From contig CAVWFS010000007.1 of assembly GCA_963754315.1 (NCBI GenBank), forward strand, positions 863,964-927,963: a stretch of DNA of 64,000 bases, read 5' to 3'. Below the pieces are notes generated by a model, which was not told the DNA's origin, ran no database searches, and worked only from the letters and a program-made list of their open reading frames with translations. Of this stretch, positions 1 through 10,085 are shown piece after piece. Both the position numbers and the translations under genes were made by a program. This DNA is from an uncultured Candidatus Rokubacteria bacterium. Lineage in GTDB: Bacteria; Methylomirabilota; Methylomirabilia; Rokubacteriales; CSP1-6. The stretch's first letter is position 1; each line of letters opens with the position of its first letter.

Positions 1-1660
1 GAGGCCACCAGGAAGGCGCCGACATTCGCCGCCTGGCTCCTGGTCACCGGCCAGCTCACGGTCACGGCCGACTTCCTGAGTCGCGCCGATCTCCGCTTGG
101 GGATCGCCGCGCGCCACTACTGCCCCGAGGCCCACACATGGTTCGTCGCGCTCGCCGAGCAGCTCGGGCTGCGCCCCGCCGACACGACGCTGCAGTGGTC
201 GACGCTGGCCAAGGTCACGGCGCTCACCAGGACCCCGCCGGAGGGGATCGGCCCGGGCGAGTTCGAGCGGGCCCGGACGGCCATCGTCGACGCGTTCATC
301 GCGCGCGAGTCGCCGGGGGCCGGCCGGAACATGGCCGCCGTCTTCCACCGCCTCCAGCTCACGCTGTTCCACGCCGGGCGCCTCGATACCTAGCTCGGCC
401 TCGGACCCGCCCGCCGGTCTCGGTCCGCGGGTGGGCGGTGGTCGCGCCCGGCCTCACAGCGGTGGCGCGCCGCTACGTCGAGCAGGTCGCCCTGAGTCTG
501 CCGCCCGTCCACGGTGGCGCACATCGAGCACGACCTGCGCGCGTTCGGGACCTGGCTGGCCGGCCACGCACCCGCAGGTCGCCAGCCTGCGCCGATCTCG
601 AACGCCACCACATCGAGCACTTCAAGGGCTGGCTGGCCACCAAGCACGGGCTGCGCACGGGCAAGCCGCTGAACCGGATCAGCATCAAGAACACGTCTCA
701 TCAACTTGCACTGCTTCTTCGACCGGATCACCGAGTGGGGCTACCCCCACCCACCCCAACGCCCGCTCGTGTTCGCCGGTGACCTTCCGCTCGTCGACCA
801 GCCGCTCCCGCGGTTCCTTGACGACGCCGCGGCCGCCAAGCTCCTGCGGACGTCGCGGGCGGATGCGGATCCGCTCGCCCGCCTGATCGTCGAGCTGCTC
901 GCCCGCACCGGGATGCGCTCGAGGGAACTCCGCGCCCTCACCGTCGACGCCGTGGTCCAGATCGGCTCCGCCTACTGGCTCCGCATCCCGGTCGGCAAGC
1001 TCCACAACGACCGCTACATCCCCCTGCACCCGCAGCTCAAGGACCTCCTCGACGACTGGATCGCCCACCACCGACCCGCTGGCCTGCGCTCCGACCGGCT
1101 CTTCCTCGACCGCCGCCGCCCCCTCACCGCGCACCGCATCGCCACCGCCCTGCGCCGCCTCGGCGACCGAAGCCGGCATCGGCCACGTCACCGCGCACCA
1201 GCTCCGCCATACCCTGGCCACCCAAGCCATCAACCGGGGGATGAGCCTCGACGCCATTGCCGCCCTGCTCGGCCACAAGACCCTCGCCATGACGATGGTC
1301 TACGCCCGCATCGCCGACAAGACGGTCGCCGACGAGGACTTTGCGGTCACGGAGAAGGTCGAAGCCCTCTACCACCAACCCCACCAGCTCCCCGCCGAGG
1401 CCGAGGGCACCGAGATGCGCCGCCTCCGCGCCGAGATGCACCGCCGCATGCTGGGCAACGGCTACTGCGCCCGCCCCGTCGAGATGGACTGTCACTTCGA
1501 GTCCATCTGCGAGTCCTGCACTTTCTTCGTCACCACGATCGCCTTCCGCCCCACGCTTGAGCGGCAGCGCGATGATGCCGAGCGCAAGGGGCAAATCGGC
1601 CGCCAGAAGATCTTCGACGGGCTTCTCACGCGCCTCGACAAGCAGGCGGCCAACTCGTGA
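1..1660 (+). CDS. Tyrosine recombinase/integrase, 5'-partial, frameshifted across ORFs 97..393, 706..1560 and 1241..1660
   Basis: Box I LLARTGMRSREL; H-x-x-R (cac cag ctc cgc cat, about 1196); LLGHKTLAMTMVY (catalytic Tyr); C-terminal GYCARP..CHFESICESC. Confidence 0.85.
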
Positions 1661-1694
1661 CCGACCGGGACACTTGCCAGGATCACCCACATAA
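1..1694 (+). mobile_element. Right part of a tyrosine-recombinase (RIT-like) element ending ...GGATCACCCACATAA
   Basis: An unrelated IS transposase frame resumes abruptly at 1695-1696, 34 bp after the integrase stop. Confidence 0.55.
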
Positions 1695-2106
1695 GTACAA
1701 CACCGAGCATCGGCACGGGGGGATCGGCTGGCTCACGCCGGCGATGGTGCCCTACGGGCAGGCCGCGCTCGTGCGCACCGCGCGCCAGCAGGTCCTCACC
1801 GCGGCCTACGCCGCTCATCCCGAGCGCTTCGTGCGCCGCCCGCCCGCGCCGCCGGCGGTTGCGGACGCCGTGTGGATCAATCCTCCGGTGTCGAACGGTG
1901 AGCCGAGCGGGCATTGCCGCACGAACTCGGTGGCTACGGTGGGCGAGAGCGAGCGCTTCAGAGGCGCCCGGAGCCACGATCTCGAGGGGGGTCGCCATCT
2001 CGATACCCCGAGAACGACGTCCTCGTCGTCAGCGTGGCGCCTCTCGGGTCGGGAGTTCGACACTAAATGCGCGCCTTCGGTGTCTCAAAGTCGTTGACAC
2101 ATTCCG
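1695..2106 (+). mobile_element. 3' remnant of an IS3-family element (transposase C-terminus plus right end)
   Basis: YNTEHRHGGIGWLTP...AAYAAHPERFVRRPP...VWINPP; end-like TGTCTCAAAGTCGTTGACACATTCCG at 2081-2106. Confidence 0.7.
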
Positions 2107-2112
2107 CCCTCT

Positions 2113-2244
2113 GTTGGCTACGAGATCCCTCTAACTCGGCACTTCTACAAGTACAAGCCTCTGCGGCCGCTTGGCGAGATTGAGAAAGAGATTCGGGACT
2201 TGGAGCAGGAGATCCAGGGAATGCTCGGAGGCGTGTTAGCGTGA
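2113..2244 (+). pseudogene. hsdM: C-terminal remnant of type I RM methyltransferase subunit
   Basis: Manual translation VGYEIPLTRHFYKYKPLRPLGEIEKEIRDLEQEIQGMLGGVLA*, a typical HsdM tail; stop overlaps the next GTG (GTGA). Confidence 0.8.
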
Positions 2245-2595
2245 GGCCACGAACACCCGCTCAACTCCGGGAGACCCGGCTGAATGGTGTTGGGCCGGCT
2301 CCGGCTGAGTGGCTCTTGTGCCGAGCTGATTCACTCTTTTCGATCCGAAAACGAGTTATCGATGCTAAACGGCTCGCTGGACGCGAGGTGTTCCACTACA
2401 GCATCCCCGCCGTGCAGGCGATGGGCGACGGGCAAGTCGAGGATGGCGACTCCATCGACTCTAGCAAGTTCGTCTTAGAGGGCGATGAGCTACTCGTATC
2501 GAAGCTTAATCCCCGTAAGGGAACACTCGCCCTTGCGCGACCACACACGATGCTGTCCGTCTGTTCCACAGAGTTTGTGCCCCTGCTGCCAAAGT
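2241..2595 (+). pseudogene. hsdS: Type I RM specificity subunit, N-terminal fragment truncated by IS3
   Basis: Coupled to hsdM; P.EW, GDELLVSKLNP and CSTEFVPLLPK motifs; cut at the IS inverted repeat. Confidence 0.75.
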
Positions 2596-2604
2596 TGTCC
2601 TGGT

Positions 2605-3636
2605 TCAGCGTGAACTGGAGTCCCAGCTATGCCCGGAATGAACCGGGCTGGTTGCAACTCGCGCCTGTTCGCGCCGGGTGGCGCGTCGAGCGCGGGCCGC
2701 TTCGAGTTTGCGGTCTCGCTCCTCCCAGATCTGCGTGTGCCGGCCGTCGAGCCGATCCTGCGGCGTGACGTACCCGATCGCACTGTGAAGACGCCTGGTG
2801 TTGTACTCCTCCACGAAGGCGCCGACCACCCGCCGCGCGTCGCCCAGGCTCAGCGGCGTCTTCGGCCGCACGGCCTCGACTTTCAGCGAGCCGTGCCAGC
2901 GCTCGATCTTGCCATTCGATTGCGGATAGTACGGCGACGTCCGGACGTGGTCCATCCCACTGAGGCGGACGAACTGCTTGAAGTCCCGGGCGATGAATTG
3001 CGGGCCGTTGTCGCTGATCAGCCGCGGCGTCGCCGTCGGATATTTCTCCTTCGCCTTCTGCAGCACCAACTCCACCTCGGGCTCCGTCATCGATTCCCGG
3101 ATCTCCCACTGCAGGTTCGCCCGACTGCACCCATCCAGCACGCTGCACAGGTAGTAAAACGTGCCGCAGATGTTCAGGTACGAGATGTCCGTGTGCCAGT
3201 GCTGATGCGGCTCCCGCGGCTGCACGAACCCCGTGCCCTTCTGGCTGGGCGTCACGTTCCACGGCTTAAGCAGGCCGGCCTTACCGAGCACGCGATACAC
3301 CGAGGCCGGGCTCACCGCCACCACGTCCTGGTCGAGCATCATGAACGCCAGGCGCCGATAGCCGTCGCGGGGGTGCGCCCGCGCGAAGGCCACGATCGCC
3401 TCGTGCTCCCACGCCTCGAGCCAGTGGTCGCGCGGCACCGTCGCGTTATGCTCATTCGCTTTCCCGTAACGCTGCTTCCAGTCGAAGTACTTGCTGGCGC
3501 CCAGCCCGAGCCACCCGACCACCCGCGTGGCCGGCAGCTCGGTCTGCGTACTCCAGGTGGCCACGAAGTCGATCACGGCGTCCCGCGTGTCGGGGGGAAC
3601 CCACCCGCCGCTCAGAGCTCCCCAAGTTCTTTTTTT
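2605..3636 (-). CDS. IS3 OrfB DDE transposase, fused to OrfA by -1 frameshift
   Basis: WHTDISY, SDNGPQF, SNGKIERWH, YNTRRLHSAIGYVTP; A7G slippery site at 3629-3636. Confidence 0.9.
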   Translation of the reverse strand, partial: KKRTWGALSGGWVPPDTRDAVIDFVATWSTQTELPATRVVGWLGLGASKYFDWKQRYGKANEHNATVPRDHWLEAWEHEAIVAFARAHPRDGYRRLAFMMLDQDVVAVSPASVYRVLGKAGLLKPWNVTPSQKGTGFVQPREPHQHWHTDISYLNICGTFYYLCSVLDGCSRANLQWEIRESMTEPEVELVLQKAKEKYPTATPRLISDNGPQFIARDFKQFVRLSGMDHVRTSPYYPQSNGKIERWHGSLKVEAVRPKTPLSLGDARRVVGAFVEEYNTRRLHSAIGYVTPQDRLDGRHTQIWEERDRKLEAARARRATRREQARVATSPVHSGHSWDSSSR

Positions 3637-3932
3637 GTCTTCACGAATTCCTCGGTCACCTTCGCGATGATCCGGTCCTTCTGGGTCAGCCGCTGCCGGA
3701 GGGCCTCGACCTGGCGCTCCAGGTCCCGCTGCTCGGCGCTCGCCTCCTTCGCGAACGCGGCCGCGCCATTCTCGAAGAACTGCTTCTGCCAGGCGTAGAA
3801 CAGCGTAGGACTCACGTCGTGCTCCTCACACACCTTCGAGACCGCCTGCCCCTCCAGCAGGACCTGCCTCAGGATCGCCACCTTGTCCGCCGCGCTGTGC
3901 TGCCGATACCGCCGTGCTCGCTTTGTCCCCAC
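3612..3932 (-). CDS. IS3 OrfA (HTH)
   Basis: 106 aa, VSKVCEEHDVSPTLFYAWQKQF followed by a coiled coil. Confidence 0.9.
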   Translation of the reverse strand: MGTKRARRYRQHSAADKVAILRQVLLEGQAVSKVCEEHDVSPTLFYAWQKQFFENGAAAFAKEASAEQRDLERQVEALRQRLTQKDRIIAKVTEEFVKTKKELGEL

Positions 3933-4444
3933 GGGTCCCTCCTACCGGCGGATTACACTCCGCCCGGGTGAGGAACTCCAGTTTCAACTGAGGCAGGACA
4001 TTTCGAAACGCCGCGCGCTCCATATCGCGTGCGCGCTCTCTCGCGATCGTGGGCGGAGGCATGTGCGGCAGGACCTTCGTAAACCCCTCCAGCACCCTGA
4101 CCTGGTCGGGCTGCCCCGGCGTCCGGGCGAACGCTCAGGTCGTGGAAGGCTTCACGACGATCTCGGTTGTTCGAGCCGAAGCCGTGGGTGAATAGCTGAC
4201 GTTGGTGAAGTGATCGCGGCTGCGCAGCGAGATCCTCCGTCGCTGAGGCGCTCGCTGCGCAGCCCGCGCCATCCCCAGAACCCTAACCGTTCTCTTATTG
4301 ACTCTCCACCACCCCCTCGCTAGCCTCGTGCGGCATGAGGAGCGCCGCCGAACGAATGAACCCGGTCGGCGCCCGTTGGACAAGCCTGCGAAACGGTCAG
4401 CGGAAGTGGCTGTGCACCCCTTCAATCCACAGAGGAGGTTTCGC

Positions 4445-4819
4445 ATGAGTGCACGGATCGGTTTCTGGAGTTCGATGGCGTTGGCCGCGTTGCTGTCTCT
4501 CGGCGCCGCCCCCGCCCACGCCCTCACGACGCTAGTCACGTCTGATCTCACGGGAGGGATTGGTGACTTCATCCTCTGTCGGCTTGTGAACGTGGGTCCT
4601 AGGGATATCACTGTAACGCTCCAGATGATAGACCAGAGCGGCCTCATTCTTGAAGAAAGCGAGCAAGTCATAACGCCTGGAACTAGGGGGTTTCTAATCC
4701 ACTCTGAATTTACTTCCGCGTACTGCCGCTTCGTCGGCTTCTTCAGCAAGACGCTCGTGCGTGGGAGCATCGACATCCTATCGAACGGTCGCTCAATCGT
4801 CGCGCTACCAGCCCAATAG
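4445..4819 (+). CDS. Hypothetical secreted protein
   Basis: RBS AGGAGG; signal peptide ending APAHA. Confidence 0.7.
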   Translation: MSARIGFWSSMALAALLSLGAAPAHALTTLVTSDLTGGIGDFILCRLVNVGPRDITVTLQMIDQSGLILEESEQVITPGTRGFLIHSEFTSAYCRFVGFFSKTLVRGSIDILSNGRSIVALPAQ

Positions 4820-4850
4820 GAGCACGCTGAACGAGGGTGGCCGAACCCCG

Positions 4851-4884
4851 TGCTCGCGTCGTCGAGAAGGCGACGACGCGAGCA
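4851..4884. terminator. Perfect 14-bp stem hairpin, possible terminator
   Basis: TGCTCGCGTCGTCG-AGAAGG-CGACGACGCGAGCA about 30 bp after the stop; no clear U tract. Confidence 0.4.
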
Positions 4885-5060
4885 TTCCGCGTTCCTCGTA
4901 GATGAAATTTGAGAACGGGTGCCCGACAGCCTGGGCACCCGTTCTCTAAGCCCTACGCGCCTCCAGGACGCGTGCTCAGGTCCAGAACGAGTTAGGAATG
5001 GGGGTCGAGACGTAAGTGGAATTTCTAGAGGCTCCTGGACCCGCTGGCGTGGCGACGTGC

Positions 5061-5126
5061 CTACGCCGCCACTTCACCCGAGAAATCGACTTCATCCACG
5101 AGGGAGGTTTCTGACGGACAGTATCG
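5061..5126. repeat. Direct repeat copy 1
   Basis: CTACGCCGCCACTTCACCCGAGAAATCGACTTC...GACGGACAGTATCG shared with 6884-6951. Confidence 0.85.
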
Positions 5127-5670
5127 TCTACGTCTGCCCCGCTTCAGCGAACGGTCAAGGAGTCGTTCCGGGATGTTGCGTGCTGGCCCGCCGTGGATCA
5201 CGGATGGCGCGAAGCCGGGGACAAGGATCTGGACGGCAAGAGACCGGATCTGACGAGCAGGGCGCTTCAGGAATTCAGAAAGAACTACCGTTCCCTCCCG
5301 ACGTAGCGCGCCGACGTGGGGACGAACGCCAACGCGCTCAAGAGCCCTGGTGTGCCGGACGTTCGTGGGGAGGCTCGTGGGGCCGGTCGAAGTCCACGCG
5401 GGCGAAAACCCGACGGCGACGGGATCGCCTGGACGCTTACGCCTCGAAGAGCAGCGAGACCTTCAGGACTGGCCGCGTCGCCCGTATATCATCCAGCCCC
5501 GCTCGCGCATCGCACCGAGATTCGCGACCAGGTGAACGGTGACGGAATCGTTAACGTCGCCCTGGCCCGACGCGAATCACGACGAGGGTAGCTCCGAAGG
5601 GAGCCCGTCGTCGAGAAGTGCACGGCGTGTACCGGAGGGTGGGGAGTGGGTCAGTTTGAAGTCACGGGCT

Positions 5671-6118
5671 CTAGCGCCGTGGGCTCGCGGGCGCATCGGC
5701 TCGGCGCAGAAGGAGTCTCACCGTCTGCGAGCCCTCGAAGGCCGGAAGGATCGCCTCGCCTACCATCTCTTCTCCGCTGACTGTCAACTCGCCTCTCGAA
5801 CCTTCACCGAAACGACTCACCACAGTGAAATGGAAAACGTCGCCACCGACACTACCCGCAAGCGCTCCGGCGCCTCGCCCCAAGGCGCCCCCCGCGAGGC
5901 CCAACTCCATCCTTCCCTTGACCTTTGGTCTCTCTTGTTCAAGATAGAGAGTGATATTCGGACCGCCACCCCCTGCCCGAGTCCCTCCTGAGACCGTTCC
6001 CTGCCAGACGCCCGTGACATCGACGGTCACCAGCGTGGTCTCGATCCAGTCGGGGCGCGTGGCACCCGCTGGTGAACAAGAGGACCGCAACGATGAGGGT
6101 CACTCCGGCTGTCTTCAC
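5671..6118 (-). CDS. Hypothetical lipoprotein, frameshift just after the lipobox
   Basis: MKTAGVTLIVAVLLFTSGC then RPDWIETTLVTVDVTGVWQG; paralog of 6208-6641. Confidence 0.65.
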
Positions 6119-6207
6119 CCTCTTCAGCCTCCCACGAAGGCGATTCCACTACTCTAGCCGACTGGGCGCCCTAGCCGCTCAGGCTGGGGCTCCTGGCGGG
6201 AGCGCGC

Positions 6208-6641
6208 TCACGTTTGCGGGCGCGGGGTCGGGGCTGGTCCCGAGCGACGGAGATGGACCCGGCAAGGGCAGCGGGAGGGAGCACCGAAGCCGAAAATTAA
6301 GGGCAAATCTACTTCTCCGATCATTTCATCCCCGTCAACCGTCAGCGCGCCTCTTACCGTAGAAGATCCGGAGACGGTAAAGGCGAATACCTCCCCATTC
6401 ACGAGACCCTCGACCCGTCCATTCATCGTTAATGCGCAGGCGCCATCGATGACTCGCCCGTGACCCGCGCTCCGTCTTGTTGAAGCGTCCACGAGAAATG
6501 CGACGGGCCCCTCCATCGGATCGTTCCGCTCCACGTTCCGGAGACATCCGTCAGCACCAGCATGTCGCCGACCCAGTCCCGACGCGTGCAGCCGACACTG
6601 GCCAGGATGAGCAGCCCGATCAGGAGCCACATCTTCGCCAT
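6208..6641 (-). CDS. Hypothetical lipoprotein, frameshift near 6450
   Basis: MAKMWLLIGLLILASVGC-TRRDWVGDMLVLTDVSGTWSG...RGALTVDGDEMIGE. Confidence 0.65.
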
Positions 6642-6883
6642 GGGTGTGTTGCGCTCCTTTCGGTGGTACACGAAGCCAGCCCAGCGAGAATTGTAGGGCG
6701 CTACGGCGTGGCAGATCAATCGAGGAAGCGCGGGCTTCTGAGAGGGCGAGAGACCGGGGAAATTACTCGCGCCGAGAAGCCCGGGACCAGCGCTCCTCGA
6801 CGCGTTCACGTTGTGGTGCTACTCGATCATGCCCCTCACGGAAAAGTCATTTCCGGGCGTCTCCTGGCTTGTCTGGGAGCCTG

Positions 6884-6951
6884 CTACGCCGCCACTTCAC
6901 CCGAGAAATCGACTTCCATCCACGAGGGGCGTTCTCCGACGGACAGTATCG
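6884..6951. repeat. Direct repeat copy 2
   Basis: Near-identical to 5061-5126. Confidence 0.85.
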
Positions 6952-7057
6952 GCCCCGCATCATACATGGCTACTCCTCCCCCGGTCACGTAGCCACGGCG
7001 TCCGGCTCCGACGAGGTCTTGCTACGATAGCCGCCACCACGGTCAGGAGGACAATCG

Positions 7058-8401
7058 ATGTCCGACTTCCGCACGTACCTCGACGCCCTCACAAGCGCCG
7101 GTCAGCTCGTGCACATCGACAAGCCCGTCAATCCCGAGTTCGAGGTTGCCGCCTACGTCCGCAAGGCGTCCGACACGGAGGGCCCGGCGTTCCTCTTCGA
7201 CAACGTGATCGGCCATCCTGGTTGGAGGCTGGCCGCCGGTCTGTACGGCACCATGGCGCGCCTCTCTATCGCGCTCGGTTGTCCCCTCGGCGAAGTCGTC
7301 GACCGGTACGGCGCGGCCGTCCGGAATCCGGTCGCGCCGCGTCGGGTCCCGCGCGGTCCGTGCCAGGAGATCGTTCTGGCTGGTGAGCGTGCGGACTGTA
7401 CCGAGCTGCCCATCGTCGTGCACTCGGAGCTGGACGCCGGCCGCTATCTGACGGCGGGCGTGATGTTCGGACGCGATCCCGAGACAGGCGTGCTCGGTGT
7501 CGGCCTGCAGCGCATGCAGCTCAAGGGACCGCGGCGCTTCGGTGTGAACATGCCGGCCGAGCGGCGAGTGGGCCGGGCCGTCTTGAAGGCCGAAGACCGT
7601 GGCGAGCCCTTCGGAGTGGCGGTGGTGTTGGGCGCCGGTCCTTTCGTCGACCTCGGTTCGCAAGCCAAGATTCCACATGCGCAGGAGAAGCTCGGCGTGG
7701 CGGGAGGGTTGGCGGGCCGGCCCATCGAGCTCGTTGCCTGCCAGACGGTCGATGCCGAGGTCCCGGCTGACGCCGAGATCGTCATCGAGGGCCATTTCGT
7801 CCCGAACATCCGCGAAGAGGAGGGCCCCTTCGGGGAAGTGGCCGGCACCTACGGCCTCCGCGGCGAGCGTCACGTCTTCGAGGTCAGCGCAATCACGCGG
7901 CGGCGCGACGCCATGTACCACACGGCGCTCACCGGTATGCCGACGACCGACAACCACGTACAGGCATGGCCGGCCATCTGCGAGTCGATCAAGCGCATGG
8001 CCCAGCTGGCCTGCCCGGAGGTCGTCGACGTGCACGCCATCGGCCCTTACTACATCGCGGTTGTCGCCATCAAGAAGCGGCTCGCCTACGAGGCGCGCAA
8101 CGTCATCCTGAGCGTCCTGGGGCCGACGGCCGGCGCTCCCCAGGCCAAGTATTGCATCGTGGTCGATCCCGACGTGAACGTGCGCGACGTTAACCAGGTG
8201 CTGTGGGCTCTCTACACGCGGTGCCAGCCGAGCGACGACGCCTTGATCTTCCCGCCGATGGTGGGAGCGCCCCTCGACCCCTCGGCGCCCGTGCACCGCC
8301 ATGCGTCGAAGATGGGGTTCGACGCCACCGTGCCCCTCGGCGCCTCGCGCGAGCGCTACAACCGGGTGATCGTTCCGGGCGTCGACCAAGTGTCCTGGTG
8401 A
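7058..8401 (+). CDS. UbiD-family prFMN-dependent decarboxylase
   Basis: AEIVIEG, EEGPFGE and DPS...SKMGFDAT motifs; RBS AGGAGG. Confidence 0.9.
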   Translation: MSDFRTYLDALTSAGQLVHIDKPVNPEFEVAAYVRKASDTEGPAFLFDNVIGHPGWRLAAGLYGTMARLSIALGCPLGEVVDRYGAAVRNPVAPRRVPRGPCQEIVLAGERADCTELPIVVHSELDAGRYLTAGVMFGRDPETGVLGVGLQRMQLKGPRRFGVNMPAERRVGRAVLKAEDRGEPFGVAVVLGAGPFVDLGSQAKIPHAQEKLGVAGGLAGRPIELVACQTVDAEVPADAEIVIEGHFVPNIREEEGPFGEVAGTYGLRGERHVFEVSAITRRRDAMYHTALTGMPTTDNHVQAWPAICESIKRMAQLACPEVVDVHAIGPYYIAVVAIKKRLAYEARNVILSVLGPTAGAPQAKYCIVVDPDVNVRDVNQVLWALYTRCQPSDDALIFPPMVGAPLDPSAPVHRHASKMGFDATVPLGASRERYNRVIVPGVDQVSW

Positions 8402-8528
8402 AGAAGCCGGGGCCCCGGAGGAGGTTTCACGCTCCGCTTGTCCCGATCCCGCGAGGGAGGAGGCTAGCAACGGCAGGCTGGCCTACCCGCGTTGACAGAG
8501 GGGCCCGTCGAGCCTACGCTCGATTGTC

Positions 8529-9011
8529 GTGACCCCCGCATTGACGACCCGCGGGTTCTTGCTTGCTCTCGTTCTCTTCGCTGGTGGGTGTGGTCAGCCA
8601 TTTCAGCCCGTTGCGACCCCGCCTCCAAATTTGCTCGGGACCTACGTGGGGACGTGGGGCGATGCGCCCACCACGTTTGCCATCCAGAATTACGGCCAAG
8701 CCCAGCCCACCGGCGGGCTCTTCGTGGGCTCCCTCTCGATCGGTGGTGTGTCGCAGATGCAGGTCTCGGGCGTCATTACGCATCCAAGCCCCCAGGGGCC
8801 CCGCGAGAGTACCTTCACCGCGCAGGTCGGCTATATAGGAGGCGAGTTGATCCTCGCCCTCAGCCTGCCCACCATGGACTCCATGGACACGTTCGAAGAA
8901 CTGTCCCTTGCTGTGAAGGGAGACACTCTCGTCGGCGAAGCTCAGCGAAACTATCTCCAGGGACCGAAGGGGCCGATACGGCTCGTTCGGCAATCGACGC
9001 CCCCTCGGTAG
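8529..9011 (+). CDS. Hypothetical lipoprotein
   Basis: LLALVLFAGGC lipobox; GTYVGTW. Confidence 0.65.
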   Translation: MTPALTTRGFLLALVLFAGGCGQPFQPVATPPPNLLGTYVGTWGDAPTTFAIQNYGQAQPTGGLFVGSLSIGGVSQMQVSGVITHPSPQGPRESTFTAQVGYIGGELILALSLPTMDSMDTFEELSLAVKGDTLVGEAQRNYLQGPKGPIRLVRQSTPPR

Positions 9012-9044
9012 CGCGCCAGCTGACGACCCATGCCTCATCCACTG

Positions 9045-10025
9045 ATGGAGCGGCGCGCGTTCATCAGGGCATGGACACGAGCCGCGGTGCTGCTGCCGGC
9101 GACGGGGTACGCCGCACCCCCGACCAAGTCCCACCGCCGGGTCGGACTGCTCATGTCGACCGACCCGGTGGCCGCCGCGCACATCGTTGGCGCATTTGCC
9201 GATAGCCTGCGCGAGCAGGGGTACATCGAAGGCAAGGACGTCGTGCTGGAGTACCGCTGGGCCGAAGGCAAACCCAAGCGCTTTCCCGAGCTCGCCGCCG
9301 ACCTCGTAAAGCAACGGGTGGACGTGATCGTCGCTTCCTCCCAGGCGCCCGCTCTCGCCGCCAAGCGGCTGACCTCCGCCATTCCCATCGTCATGGTCAA
9401 CGCCACGGATCCGGTCGAGGTCGGCCTGGTCGCCAGCTTGGCCCGGCCCGGAGGCAACGTCACCGGCCTCAGCCAGCAGCTCACTCCCGAGATCCGCGCC
9501 AAACAGCTCCAGCTCCTCAAGGAGGCGCTGCCCAGGGTCTCGCGGGTCGCCGTGCTGCACAGCCCCGCCACCACCGTGGGTCTGCAGGCCTACGAGGAGG
9601 CCGCACAGACTCTCGAGCTTCGCGTTCAGTTGGTCGAAATACGCGCCCCGGAGGACCTCGAGCGCGCCTTCACGGCGATGGCCAAGGCGCGCATCGACGC
9701 GATCGTAGTGCCCGGCGACACTCTGCTGTTTGCGGAGCGTCAGCGGGTGACGGCGCTGGCCATCACGCACAAGCTGCCGGGGATCTACGCCCTCCGCGAG
9801 TACACAGAGGTCGGTGGTCTCATGTCCTACGCCGCCCGCCTCACGGAGCAGTTCCGGCGGGCCGCAGTCTATGTGGTCAAGATCCTCCGCGGCGCGAGCC
9901 CGGCCACCTTACCGGTCGAGTCGCCGAGCCAGTACGCGCTGGTCATCAACATGACGACCGCTCGTGCTCTCGGCGTCACCATCCCACCATCGCTGCTGGT
10001 GCGAGCAGACGAGGTCATCCAATGA
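9045..10025 (+). CDS. ABC substrate-binding protein (ABC_sub_bind-type paralog family), Tat-like signal
   Basis: RRAF; GLVASLARPGGNVTG; GGLMSY; LVINMTTARALGVTIPPSLLVRADEVIQ. Confidence 0.9.
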   Translation: MERRAFIRAWTRAAVLLPATGYAAPPTKSHRRVGLLMSTDPVAAAHIVGAFADSLREQGYIEGKDVVLEYRWAEGKPKRFPELAADLVKQRVDVIVASSQAPALAAKRLTSAIPIVMVNATDPVEVGLVASLARPGGNVTGLSQQLTPEIRAKQLQLLKEALPRVSRVAVLHSPATTVGLQAYEEAAQTLELRVQLVEIRAPEDLERAFTAMAKARIDAIVVPGDTLLFAERQRVTALAITHKLPGIYALREYTEVGGLMSYAARLTEQFRRAAVYVVKILRGASPATLPVESPSQYALVINMTTARALGVTIPPSLLVRADEVIQ

Positions 10026-10085
10026 TGGTCGCGCTGGCCTCACCTCGCAGATGGCGCCACATCCTACGCGGAGGTCGTGAAGATC

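Larger units (their letters stand above)
2596..4000 (-). mobile_element. IS3-family insertion sequence, 1405 bp
   Basis: Imperfect terminal IRs TGTCCTGGTTCAGCGTGAACTGGAGT and TGTCCTGCCTCAGTTGAAACTGGAGT; orfA+orfB; no target duplication visible. Confidence 0.9.

Noticed and set aside
1..1660. Integron integrase for the attC array
   Set aside because: Architecture is RIT-like with a Cys-rich tail, no IntI-type insertion is evident, and it lies about 35 kb away.
4919..5600. ORFs 4919..5542 and 5316..5591
   Set aside because: No recognisable motifs or RBS; Arg/Ser-rich composition typical of spurious frames.
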